Origin: Spirochaetia bacterium
GTDB taxonomy: Bacteria; Spirochaetota; Spirochaetia; DSM-2461
Length of the DNA: 64,000 nt
Assembly (NCBI GenBank): GCA_963666985.2
Contig: CAXXIA010000002.1
Location: forward strand, 1,504,001-1,568,000
Direction of reading: 5' to 3'
In this document: positions 1-9,124 of the stretch, in pieces
Layout of the letters: every line of letters begins with the position of its first letter
Position numbering within the stretch: the first letter of the stretch is position 1
Made by a program: the position numbers and the translations under genes
The notes under the pieces: model-generated
What the model saw: the letters and a program-made list of their open reading frames with translations, nothing else
Database searches by the model: none
Told to the model about the DNA's origin: nothing

Positions 1-1198
1 CTTTGCCTCAATGGCCAACAGCCTCATCGAGAGCGGACATGTCCAGATGGAGAACTACTTTCTCGACGGCACAAAAATCGAATCAGCAGCTAACAAATAC
101 ACATGGGTATGGGGCCGGGCGACAGACAAGTTCCAGAAGCGCCTGGCCGGCAATATGGATGAGCTTTTCGAATACATCGACCGCATCAATGAAGAAGAGG
201 ATGAGAAGTACGGCGACCATGACCTTCCCCATGTGGATCCTCAAGGCAGGCCGATGTCGGAGATTCTCGAAGATGCGGTATCCAAGCTCAATGAAGAGCT
301 GCGCAAGGATCGGGAGGAGCGAGAAAAGAAGGAGATTCAACGGAGATTGAATACCGCTAGCAAGGACTATCTCCCTCGTGCCAAAAAGTATGAGCAGCAG
401 AAGAGAATCCTCGGCGACCGAAATAGTTACTCGAAAACAGACTATGATGCGACTTTCATGCGGATGAAAGAAGACTATATGAAAAATGGTCAGCTCAAGC
501 CCGGGTACAACATCCAAATGGGTACTGAGAACCAGTTCATCCTCGGATATAGCATCCACCAGAGTCCCGGTGACTCCCTGACATTGCCGCTACATATGGA
601 GAAACTGAAAAAGAATCTGAAACGCTATCCGAAAAGAATCATTGCTGATTCAGGATATGGTAGTGAAGAGAACTACCAGTGGTGTGAGGATCATGGTGTC
701 GAGAAGTACATCAAGTTCAGCTACTTCCACAGGGAGCGGAAACGGAAGTTCAAGAAGCAGATTCATATGAAAGAGAACTGGGACTATCGTGCCTCTGATG
801 ATACATACCGGTGCCCCAAGGGTCGCCGATTCAAACACGAGGAGACCAGAATCTCGAAAACAGGTTCAGGATTTCCGACCACTGAAAAAAGGTATACAGG
901 CCCTGGATGCCAAAGGTGTTCTCTCCGAATCCGGTGCTGCAAATACGGAGGCAAAGAGCGCATCCTGACGGTTCGTCCAAACCTGGAACGGCATAAGTCT
1001 GAAGTGCGCAAGTTGCTGACTTCAGAGGAAGGACTGAGAATGCGCTCTCTCAGGCCGATTGAAGTCGAATCTGTATTCGGAGATATCAAGACGAATATGG
1101 GATTTCGGAGATTCCGAACCAGGGGATTGAAGATGGTCAGTACTGAATGGGGACTGTTGAGTATGGCTCATAACATGAGGAAGCTACAGAAACGATAA
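1..1198 (+). mobile_element. IS1182-family transposase (5' part lies outside the window)
   Basis: Motifs FLDGTKIESAANKYTWVW, YSKTDYDATFMRMKED, QLKPGYNIQ, IADSGYGSEENY, C-terminal Cys cluster and R-x-IEVESVFGDIK-x-NMGFRRF are typical of IS1182 DDE transposases; more AT-rich than flanking genes. Confidence 0.92.
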
Positions 1199-1243
1199 GG
1201 GGATGGGAGGGAACCTCCCGTCTTCGGAGGTCAACCAAATTTT

Positions 1244-1281
1244 AAAAGGGGCTGTCTCAAACTAATGAGACAGCCCCTTTT
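1244..1281. repeat. Perfect 16-bp inverted repeat at the probable IS right end (terminator-like hairpin)
   Basis: AAAAGGGGCTGTCTCA (1244-1259), 6-nt loop, TGAGACAGCCCCTTTT (1266-1281), 45 bp after the transposase stop. Confidence 0.8.
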
Positions 1282-1710
1282 TCAACAGCCTGCTCAACGG
1301 ACAAAAGCCCGTTGAGACGATACCCCCGGATAGCCCGGCCCGGATGCATTGTGCGAGATATAGGGTCGTACCGCAGCAAAGCGAGGAACGTAAACAGCCG
1401 TGCACCGCAACGAAGTAAGTAGCATGGCGAATCCCCGTCACAGGAAACCGCAGGTTTCCGGCCGGCACCCGGCCGGAGGCCGGGGAGACGCCCAAGATGA
1501 GAATTGCCGGCCGAAGAAACCGTGAACATCGCGGCCGGCGGTGTTCATAAACGGAATCCGAAAAAAACCGATGAAACACGCATCCCAAATCGCTCGGCGG
1601 ATTATCATACGCGAATCCGGACCCACCGAGACTCCGAAGAAATAATCTCCACCCCCTTTCCGCCGGAGAAAAAATCCCGGATTATATACACGCTGAAAAG
1701 GGAGGCTTCC

Positions 1711-3042
1711 ATGAACCATACGTTCCGCGTGAACGCCGCCGGCTGTTCTCTTGTGGACAATCTCTACGGCCGAGTGTCTTTTGATTCCGACATCTATAAA
1801 AACTTAAGCAGCCGAAAAATCGGCGACGGAGGACTCCCTACGGGAGGTCTCACCTTTGCCGAAGCGCTCACCTCTTTCGCGGGAAAAACAAAAGAAGACT
1901 ACCCGGAACTCCTGAGCGCACTCTCGGGCGGAATCGGACCGGATAACTCCAACATCGGCGGTCCGGGCATCGTACCCATAATTCACGCCGCTCAAGTTCA
2001 CAGAAACCCGAACATCAAATACAGATTCTCCGGTGTTCTGGGCCGCGATGAAAACGGACGCCGCATTACCTCTCTTATGGAAAAAGCCGGATTTCCCATG
2101 GACGATTATTTTGTCTCGGATTTGGCCACACCGTGCACCGACGTTCTGTCCGATCCCACATTTGACGGAGGACGGGGAGAGAGAACCTTCATCAATACCA
2201 TCGGCGCCGCCGCCGCTTTTTCCCCCGAGTTCCTGCCTTCCGATTTCTTCGACGCCGAGGTTCTTCTTTTCGGCGCCACGGCTCTGGTTCCCCCGCTGCA
2301 TGACGCTCTCGATACGCTCTGCCGCCGCGGCCGCGAGGCCGGAGCCTTCGTAATGGTGAGCACCGTATTCGACTTTCGAAACGAAGCGCAGATGAAAGGA
2401 CGGCCCTGGCCCTTTGTGAACGATTACGGCAACATCGATCTTTTGGCCATGGACCGGGAAGAATCCCTGAAGATCTCCGGTCGAAGCTCGCCGGATGAAG
2501 CCGCCCTCTGGTTCCTGGAACAAGGCTGCGGCGCCGTCGTCATTACACAAGGTGCCGACAATGTACTCTTAAGGGCCGGTAAAAACGGCCCCTTCGCCGA
2601 AACGGCCCGAACTTCCATGCCCACCTGCCGCTATGCCGACGAAGTGGTCGCCTCACTCGATCATCCGCGCGACACCACCGGCTGCGGCGATAATTTCGTC
2701 GGCGGCCTCATCGATTCGGTGGCCCATCAGCTGGCCGGTGAGGGCGCCGCGGCCGAAACAGCCGACGGAACCTTGGGGAACGCGGCGAAAACCGACGACG
2801 ACGCCGAATCGTCCGCCTCCCGGCCGGCCTCATCTCCCGCCGGGAAAAAATCCTCCGAAACGGGCCGCCGCTTCCCGCTTCTCAACCTGGAAGAAGCCGT
2901 TATCTCCGGTACCGCGGCAGGCTCCTTCGCCCTGACCTGCCTCGGCGGCGTTTATTACGAAAAAAAACCGGGCGAGAAACTCGCCTCCATGAAGCCCTAT
3001 CTTGAAGCCTACAGGCAGGAACTTAAGGAGATGAGCGAGTGA
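1711..3042 (+). CDS. PfkB/ribokinase-family carbohydrate kinase
   Basis: NIGGPG, GVLGRDENG, GERTFIN, VVITQGADN, DTTGCGDNFVGG (PfkB anion-hole motif); GGAGG RBS before ATG 1711. Confidence 0.85.
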   Translation: MNHTFRVNAAGCSLVDNLYGRVSFDSDIYKNLSSRKIGDGGLPTGGLTFAEALTSFAGKTKEDYPELLSALSGGIGPDNSNIGGPGIVPIIHAAQVHRNPNIKYRFSGVLGRDENGRRITSLMEKAGFPMDDYFVSDLATPCTDVLSDPTFDGGRGERTFINTIGAAAAFSPEFLPSDFFDAEVLLFGATALVPPLHDALDTLCRRGREAGAFVMVSTVFDFRNEAQMKGRPWPFVNDYGNIDLLAMDREESLKISGRSSPDEAALWFLEQGCGAVVITQGADNVLLRAGKNGPFAETARTSMPTCRYADEVVASLDHPRDTTGCGDNFVGGLIDSVAHQLAGEGAAAETADGTLGNAAKTDDDAESSASRPASSPAGKKSSETGRRFPLLNLEEAVISGTAAGSFALTCLGGVYYEKKPGEKLASMKPYLEAYRQELKEMSE

Positions 3043-4385
3043 ATACGGAAAACGACAAAACCGAAGCCTCCGGCCAATCCTCCGCCGATGATAAAACCCG
3101 CGCGGAGAACTCCGCCGCCGCACAGTCGGGCCCTTCCGCCGCCCCGCTCTCCGCAACAGACGCACAAAAAGCTTCCAACCCCATGCAAGACATCGGCACT
3201 GCCGCGTATCCTTCCCCCAAACCCCGCATCGTCATCTTCGGCGCCGGAAACATCGGCCGCTCCTTCATCGCCCCGGTTTTCACGCGGGGCGGTTATGAAG
3301 CCGTTTTCGCCGACGTGGCGCCGGCGGTCCTGGCGGCCCTCAAGGAACGCTCCCGGTACGATTTGGTGGAAAAATCGGAAACCGGTGAAAAACACTCTTC
3401 AATCGGACCGGCCCGAGGCGTGGACTCCCGCGACTTCGCGGCCGTAAAAGAAGAACTGGACGGCGCGGACATCTGCGCCACCTGCGTCGGAGCCGGAGCT
3501 CTGCCCATTGTTCTGAAAACCATCGCCCGCGCCGCCAAAGACAGAAAGCGGCCGCTCGACATCATCCTGGCCGAAAACCTCAAAGGCGCCGGTGATTTGG
3601 CCCGAAACGCCTTCACCGAAGCCGGAATCCCCGAAAACGAAGCGAAATGCCGCCTGGGCATCGTGGAAACCAGCATCGGGAAAATGGTTCCCATCATGCC
3701 GCCGGAAGTCGCCGCGGCCGATCCTCTCCTCAGCTGGGCCGAACCCTTCAACACCCTCATCGTGGACCGCGACGGATTCACCGGCCCGGTACCCGAAATC
3801 GACGATCTCATGGCCGTCTCGCCCATCGCTCCCTGGGTGGCCCGAAAGCTCTACATTCACAACTTCGGCCACGCGGCCGCGGCCTACATCGGATACGGCA
3901 AGCATCCCGAAGCCGTTTATCTTTGGGAACTTTTGAACGACCCCGACATCGCGTCCACAACAGGCAGGGCCATGCGCGCTTCCGGCGAGGCCCTCCGCCT
4001 GGAGTATCCGGGGGTTTTTACGGCGGACGATATCGAATCCCATATCGAAGATCTGCTTTACCGGTTCCGCAACCGCGCCCTGGGCGATACGGTCTTCCGG
4101 GTGGGCCGCGATTTGGCCCGAAAACTCCACCGCCGCGACCGCGTCGTCGGCGCCCTGGCGCTCATCGTCAAACACGGTCTGGACGCCGCACCCGCTCTGG
4201 AAGCTTTCCGCCGCGCCCTCGGCTTCCGCCCGAACGGCCCCGACGGCCGGCCCGATGCCAAGGACGCCGAAGTCCTCGCGGCGGCCCGCAATCCGGAAGC
4301 CTTTATTACCGATATTGTGGGATTGAAACCGGGAAGCGAACCGGCCCTCCGCGCCCTGCTGCTGAAAGCCGCCGCGAACGAATAG
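3039..4385 (+). CDS. mtlD: Mannitol-1-phosphate 5-dehydrogenase-like polyol-phosphate dehydrogenase
   Basis: IFGAGNIGRSFI, IILAEN, RKLYIHNFGHAAAAY, RFRNRALGDTVFRVGRD are MtlD-family signatures; start overlaps kinase stop (GTGA); ~60-aa low-complexity N-terminus. Confidence 0.82.
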   Translation: MNTENDKTEASGQSSADDKTRAENSAAAQSGPSAAPLSATDAQKASNPMQDIGTAAYPSPKPRIVIFGAGNIGRSFIAPVFTRGGYEAVFADVAPAVLAALKERSRYDLVEKSETGEKHSSIGPARGVDSRDFAAVKEELDGADICATCVGAGALPIVLKTIARAAKDRKRPLDIILAENLKGAGDLARNAFTEAGIPENEAKCRLGIVETSIGKMVPIMPPEVAAADPLLSWAEPFNTLIVDRDGFTGPVPEIDDLMAVSPIAPWVARKLYIHNFGHAAAAYIGYGKHPEAVYLWELLNDPDIASTTGRAMRASGEALRLEYPGVFTADDIESHIEDLLYRFRNRALGDTVFRVGRDLARKLHRRDRVVGALALIVKHGLDAAPALEAFRRALGFRPNGPDGRPDAKDAEVLAAARNPEAFITDIVGLKPGSEPALRALLLKAAANE

Positions 4386-4463
4386 CGGCCCGAATCGGGC
4401 CGGCGGCTGCGGCAAGCCCTAAGTCACCGGCCCTCCGGCGCGTTCTTATCCGAGGATTGCGCT

Positions 4464-4880
4464 CTACCGCCCGGCCCGCTCCCGCAGCATCCGGTAAACC
4501 GCTTCATTGTCCATGTCGCCGGTTATCAAGTCCTCGGTACGGCAAAAAATCCGATCAACCAATTGTCCGCAGGTGCATTCCACCTCATAGCGCTCAAACA
4601 CCTCCATCGCCAAACGGCTGACGATTTCTATAAAGCAGCGTTTGAATCCCATTCTCGTAATCAGAACGGCCGCGGCTCGGCCCGCGATTTTATCCTGTAA
4701 AAGAATGTCGCCGGCCGCCGGGGATTCGTTCAAAAGAAAATCTTCCGCATTGAACAGAGGATGAAGCCATTTCCCCGAATCTTCATGGATTATTAAGCCG
4801 TCGGCATTCCAAAGACGCAGAGAAACTCCCTCAGGAAGAGGCGGCGGAGTGAAATTCGAAAAAGATTCAGCGTAATCCAT
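4464..4880 (-). CDS. DUF1893 (TM1506-like) protein
   Basis: LHPLF...DKIAGRAAAVL...VSRLA...C-x-TE pattern. Confidence 0.7.
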   Translation of the reverse strand: MDYAESFSNFTPPPLPEGVSLRLWNADGLIIHEDSGKWLHPLFNAEDFLLNESPAAGDILLQDKIAGRAAAVLITRMGFKRCFIEIVSRLAMEVFERYEVECTCGQLVDRIFCRTEDLITGDMDNEAVYRMLRERAGR

Positions 4881-4964
4881 TAAACCTGCCCAGCAGACAT
4901 CAAGCGGTTCGGCCGCTCAACTGAAGACAATCGGCTTCGGAGACTTTCTTTACCGATTCCCTGT

Positions 4965-5246
4965 TCAGCGCCGGCGCGGCTTGAATATCGGATCGATATA
5001 ATTCTCCAAGTTCCACTTTTTCACGGCCCATTTGATGATTTTCGAATAGAGAAAAAAAGTTCCGGCAATGGAACCGAAGAGGATAACGATAATGGCCAGC
5101 CAGGAAAGCGCCATCGAAACATCCTCGATGTTCTTGAACACCAGGGAAAATCCCAAAAGCAGAACGGTCGCCAGTACGGCCAGAATCAGCAAATTCAGAA
5201 CGGTCGCCGCCAGAAGGAAAATAACGGTATTGGCTTTTTTATTCAT
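4965..5246 (-). CDS. Small two-TM membrane protein translationally coupled to lspA
   Basis: MNKKANTVIFLLAATVLN start overlaps lspA stop (ATGA); two hydrophobic helices. Confidence 0.75.
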   Translation of the reverse strand: MNKKANTVIFLLAATVLNLLILAVLATVLLLGFSLVFKNIEDVSMALSWLAIIVILFGSIAGTFFLYSKIIKWAVKKWNLENYIDPIFKPRRR

Positions 5247-5752
5247 GATCGCTTCAATGCCCTTTCTTGCCGGATTAAAAGAATAACCAAAAGAAAAGAA
5301 CCCACGACAAGACTCGCATCGGCGATGTTGAACGTCGGCCATCTCTCCAGTCCGAACAGACCGTAAAATTTGAAATCAAGAAAGTCAACAACACCCTCCG
5401 GACGAAAAATCCTGTCGATCTGATTCCCCAGGCCCCCGCCCAGAATGGCGGCCAGAGTCCAGCGCTGTCCCTTCGTGAGCTCTTTCCCTTTCACGATATA
5501 CACGGCTACGACGGTCATGACGATTAAGGGTATGACGATTAAAAAAATAATCCGAAGAACCTCGGAAATACCGCTGCCCATGCTGAAGGCCCCGCCTGTG
5601 TTGCGAACATGGATAAGCCGAAAAAAATCACCGCCGAAGCTCCATGCGGCCGTATAGAGGGGAATAAATCGAATAACCAAAACCTTGGTAATCTGATCCG
5701 CGATAATCAGCGCGGCGCTCAAAATGAAAAATCGATACGTCTTCAAAAACAT
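5243..5752 (-). CDS. lspA: Lipoprotein signal peptidase II
   Basis: ADQITK, NTGGAFS, GGGLGNQIDR, VVDFLD, WPTFNIAD motifs. Confidence 0.96.
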   Translation of the reverse strand: MFLKTYRFFILSAALIIADQITKVLVIRFIPLYTAAWSFGGDFFRLIHVRNTGGAFSMGSGISEVLRIIFLIVIPLIVMTVVAVYIVKGKELTKGQRWTLAAILGGGLGNQIDRIFRPEGVVDFLDFKFYGLFGLERWPTFNIADASLVVGSFLLVILLIRQERALKRS

Positions 5753-5758
5753 CTCCCG

Positions 5759-6520
5759 TTAATAACCGGTCGGAATGTCGAGAAAGACCGTCTCAAGCGG
5801 CAGCTCGGAGGCGACTTTCTCGGCCATGGCCTTCACGCCGAAAATCTCGGTTAAGTAATGACCGGCGAACACAACGTTGATACCGGCTTCACGAGCCTCA
5901 TGATACACCTCATGAGAGGAATCTCCGGTTATGTAACAATCCAATCCTTCGGCAACGGCCTGCGAGGTTTCCCTGGTTCCGCCGCCTGAAAGAATCCCCA
6001 CGCTGCGGATTTCCTTCGGTCCGAATCTTAAAGCATTAATCCGGTCGGTCCACGATCCGAAGGCCTTTTCAATAACGGTTTCCAGTCCCATGGCCTCGGG
6101 AAGCAAACCTTTAAATCCGATCTTCTTGCCTTTATAGAGTCCGAACGGTTCGATTTCGGCAAGTTCCAGCACCTTAGCGATCCGTGCGTTGTTTCCCACT
6201 TCGGCATGCCGATCCAGCGGAAGATGGCAGGCATAAAGCGCCAAGCCGTTATTCATAAGGTAGCGAACCCGGCCCCCCATAACTCCGCTCAGCGCCGAGG
6301 CGGCCCCCCAGAACAGTCCGTGATGAACGAACAGCGCCTCGGCGCCTTCTTCTTTCGTCCGAATAAAAGAGTCCATGCAGGCGTCGACGGCAAAGGCCAT
6401 CTTGGACACCTCGTCCCGTCTTTCGCCGACCTGTATGCCGTTCAGCGAAATATCAATGCCGTCCGTCAGCTCGAACTCCAGCAGCGAACGGGCCCATGCG
6501 TCGAAATCACCCAACCTCAT
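5759..6520 (-). CDS. Nif3-like dinuclear metal centre protein (DUF34)
   Basis: NGIQV, FVHHGLFW, YACHLPLD-x-H-x-EVGNN, AGHYLTE; start taken at MRLGDF (alternative 6541). Confidence 0.92.
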   Translation of the reverse strand: MRLGDFDAWARSLLEFELTDGIDISLNGIQVGERRDEVSKMAFAVDACMDSFIRTKEEGAEALFVHHGLFWGAASALSGVMGGRVRYLMNNGLALYACHLPLDRHAEVGNNARIAKVLELAEIEPFGLYKGKKIGFKGLLPEAMGLETVIEKAFGSWTDRINALRFGPKEIRSVGILSGGGTRETSQAVAEGLDCYITGDSSHEVYHEAREAGINVVFAGHYLTEIFGVKAMAEKVASELPLETVFLDIPTGY

Positions 6521-6651
6521 AAGGACCATTATAGGGGGCATCTCCGAGGCACGGAAGCGGTGAAAGAAGGGGATTCTCTTTGCCGTTCGGCGGGAGGCAC
6601 CTTATTTAAGGAACTCTTATCAGATTCCTTATTTACCGCTATATTCAAGCA

Positions 6652-9036
6652 ATGCTTCGAGTGCCCCGTGAACTCATCCCGGAAGACATCGTTCTCAAAA
6701 TAGAAATTCCCGATGAATACATGCGGGATTCGGACGGACCGGACGATAAAAAATGGGCCGTCGTAGGACAGGACAGGGCCGTGAAAGCCCTGGAAATGGG
6801 TCTTTCCATCCGGGCCAAAGGGTACAATATCTACGTTGCCGGCGAAGCCGGAACGGGAAAACATACGGCCGTCATGGATATTCTTTCGCGGCACCGAAAA
6901 AAGAACGGAACGCTGCGGGATATCGTCTATGTTCAGAATTTCAAAGAACCGGACAAACCTCTGAACCTGGTCTTTCCCGAAGGAAAAGCTCGGGTTTTCA
7001 AGGAAGAGGTAAAGCATCTGGTGGATCGGCTGTCCGACCGGATTTCCAACGACCTGGACGCCGAAACCTACAAAGCGAAACGCGACACGCTCATCGCCGA
7101 AATTGAATCTGGCGAAAACAAGATACTCGCCGATTTCGAAAATCAGCTGGCCGCCGAAGGCTTCCGTACGGTTCAAACCGACGATGAAGACGAAGGCCAG
7201 GCCACCGATATTGCCCCGGTCATCGATGGAGAAATCGTTCTCTTTGAAGATCTGCAGGATCTTGTTTCCTCCGGGAACATTCCCGAAAACGTCTGGACGG
7301 AAACCCGGGAGCGCTACTTCGTCTATATGGACGCCATGAAACGGATTTACAGAGATCTCCGAATCGCCCGGGAAAACATGGCGGCAACACTCGAAAAGCT
7401 TAAACTCGATACCATCCGCCCGGGAGTGGAAGAAGAATGCGCATCCCTCTTTACGGCATGGGATGACGAACCGGTCGGCGGCTATCTGGAAAGCCTCAAG
7501 GACGATGTCCTGGAAAACGCGGACTGGTTTACCGACGAAGACGATGCCGATGAGGAACTCGATTTTTCCGTCCGTTACGGTGTAAACATCGTCGTCGATC
7601 GGCACGACGCCGAGGAACTGCCGGTTATTCACGAAACGAATCCGACCAAAGCCAATCTCTTCGGCGCCATCGAAGCCCGCTACGATGTCTCGGGCGAACT
7701 GCGGACGAACATGATGATGATCAAAGCCGGTTCGCTTCTTCAAGCCGACGGCGGATTTCTCATTCTTCAAGCCGAGGACGTCTTTTCCAAGGAAGGCATT
7801 TGGCAAGAACTCAAACGGGCGCTGCAGACAGGCCATATCGAACCGGAAGTCCAATCAACCCCCTTGGGTCCCCTCCCCATTCTGATGAAGCCGGAGCCCG
7901 TCAGTTCCGAAACAACGGTCCTTCTTGTCGGACCGGCCCGCATTTACGAAACCCTCTGCGCCCAGGATGAAGAATTCATGAAGCTCTTCAAGGTGGCCGC
8001 CGAGTTCAGTCCCGTGATGAACCGGGAACCGAAAACCGAAAAAGAATACGCGGCGTTTGCCCGCAGCCTGGCAAAAAAGGAAGAACTTCTGCCCCTGAAC
8101 GCCGACGGTATCCGCGGCGTCATTTCTTACGGAGTGCTCCTGTCTGAAAAGCGGGACCGCTTGAGTACGCGGTTCAGCCTTATCGGCGACCTTATCCGGG
8201 AGTCCAACTACGGAGCCCGAAAATCCGGGAAAGAAGTTATCGACGGCGATGCCGTTCGGGAGGCAATCGCCTCTCGGGACTACTTGGGAAATTTGCCCGA
8301 AGAAATGCTCATCGATCAGATTCGCAGCGGCATCTTGATCATCGACGTGGACGGACGAAAAACGGGAACCGTCAACGGACTCGCGGTTCTGGAGCGGGGA
8401 TTCTATGCATTCGGCACGCCGCTGCGCATTACCGCGGCGGTCGGCCCCGGGAAGGAAGGACTTATCAACATCGAAAGGGAATCGGGTCTTTCCGGGGAAC
8501 TCCACGATAAGGGAGTTTTTCTTCTTGAAGGATATCTGCGCTATCGGTACGCCCGCAGGCAGCAGCTCTCGGTTACCGCAAGCATCGCCGTTGAACAGTC
8601 GTATTATGAAATCGACGGTGATTCGGCCTCGGCGGCCGAACTGGCGGCTCTGCTCTCGGCCATCGCCGAAGTTCCCGTCCGTCAGGATATCGCCGTTACC
8701 GGCGCCGTGAATCAGGAAGGCGTTGTTCAGCCGGTCGGCGGCATCCACGAAAAAGTCCACGGGTTCTTCAGAGCCTGCGAAGCCAAGGGGATGACCGGTA
8801 GACAAGGAGTTATCGTACCGGCCGGAAATGTCGGGGCCGTCATTCTTCCGCAAAATGTCGTCGATGCGGTGAAGGAAGGGCGGTTTCACATCTGGGCGGC
8901 GGAAACGATGGATGAGATCATGACCCTCCTCACGGGCCTGCCCGCGGGCCGGGAGCGCCGAAACGGCCGCTTCGAATCTCACAGTTTTAATGAAAAAGTA
9001 CGCAGAGGTTTGGCCGAATTCGTCGATTTGTCCTGA
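6652..9036 (+). CDS. Lon-like (LonC/AAA_32, peptidase S16) protease
   Basis: VGQDRA, Walker A GEAGTGKHT, NPTKANLFG, IDGDSASAAE (catalytic Ser) and PVGGIHEK (catalytic Lys); no TM segments. Confidence 0.9.
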   Translation: MLRVPRELIPEDIVLKIEIPDEYMRDSDGPDDKKWAVVGQDRAVKALEMGLSIRAKGYNIYVAGEAGTGKHTAVMDILSRHRKKNGTLRDIVYVQNFKEPDKPLNLVFPEGKARVFKEEVKHLVDRLSDRISNDLDAETYKAKRDTLIAEIESGENKILADFENQLAAEGFRTVQTDDEDEGQATDIAPVIDGEIVLFEDLQDLVSSGNIPENVWTETRERYFVYMDAMKRIYRDLRIARENMAATLEKLKLDTIRPGVEEECASLFTAWDDEPVGGYLESLKDDVLENADWFTDEDDADEELDFSVRYGVNIVVDRHDAEELPVIHETNPTKANLFGAIEARYDVSGELRTNMMMIKAGSLLQADGGFLILQAEDVFSKEGIWQELKRALQTGHIEPEVQSTPLGPLPILMKPEPVSSETTVLLVGPARIYETLCAQDEEFMKLFKVAAEFSPVMNREPKTEKEYAAFARSLAKKEELLPLNADGIRGVISYGVLLSEKRDRLSTRFSLIGDLIRESNYGARKSGKEVIDGDAVREAIASRDYLGNLPEEMLIDQIRSGILIIDVDGRKTGTVNGLAVLERGFYAFGTPLRITAAVGPGKEGLINIERESGLSGELHDKGVFLLEGYLRYRYARRQQLSVTASIAVEQSYYEIDGDSASAAELAALLSAIAEVPVRQDIAVTGAVNQEGVVQPVGGIHEKVHGFFRACEAKGMTGRQGVIVPAGNVGAVILPQNVVDAVKEGRFHIWAAETMDEIMTLLTGLPAGRERRNGRFESHSFNEKVRRGLAEFVDLS

Positions 9037-9124
9037 AACATATATTCATGGATGGTATTTTTAATTGTTTGACAGGAAAAAACCTGCCGAAAAGAATATA
9101 AAGAAAGTATAAGGAACTGTATTA

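Noticed and set aside
1504..1710. Extended N-terminus of the PfkB ORF
   Set aside because: TTG start lacks an RBS; ATG 1711 has GGAGG and begins the recognisable fold
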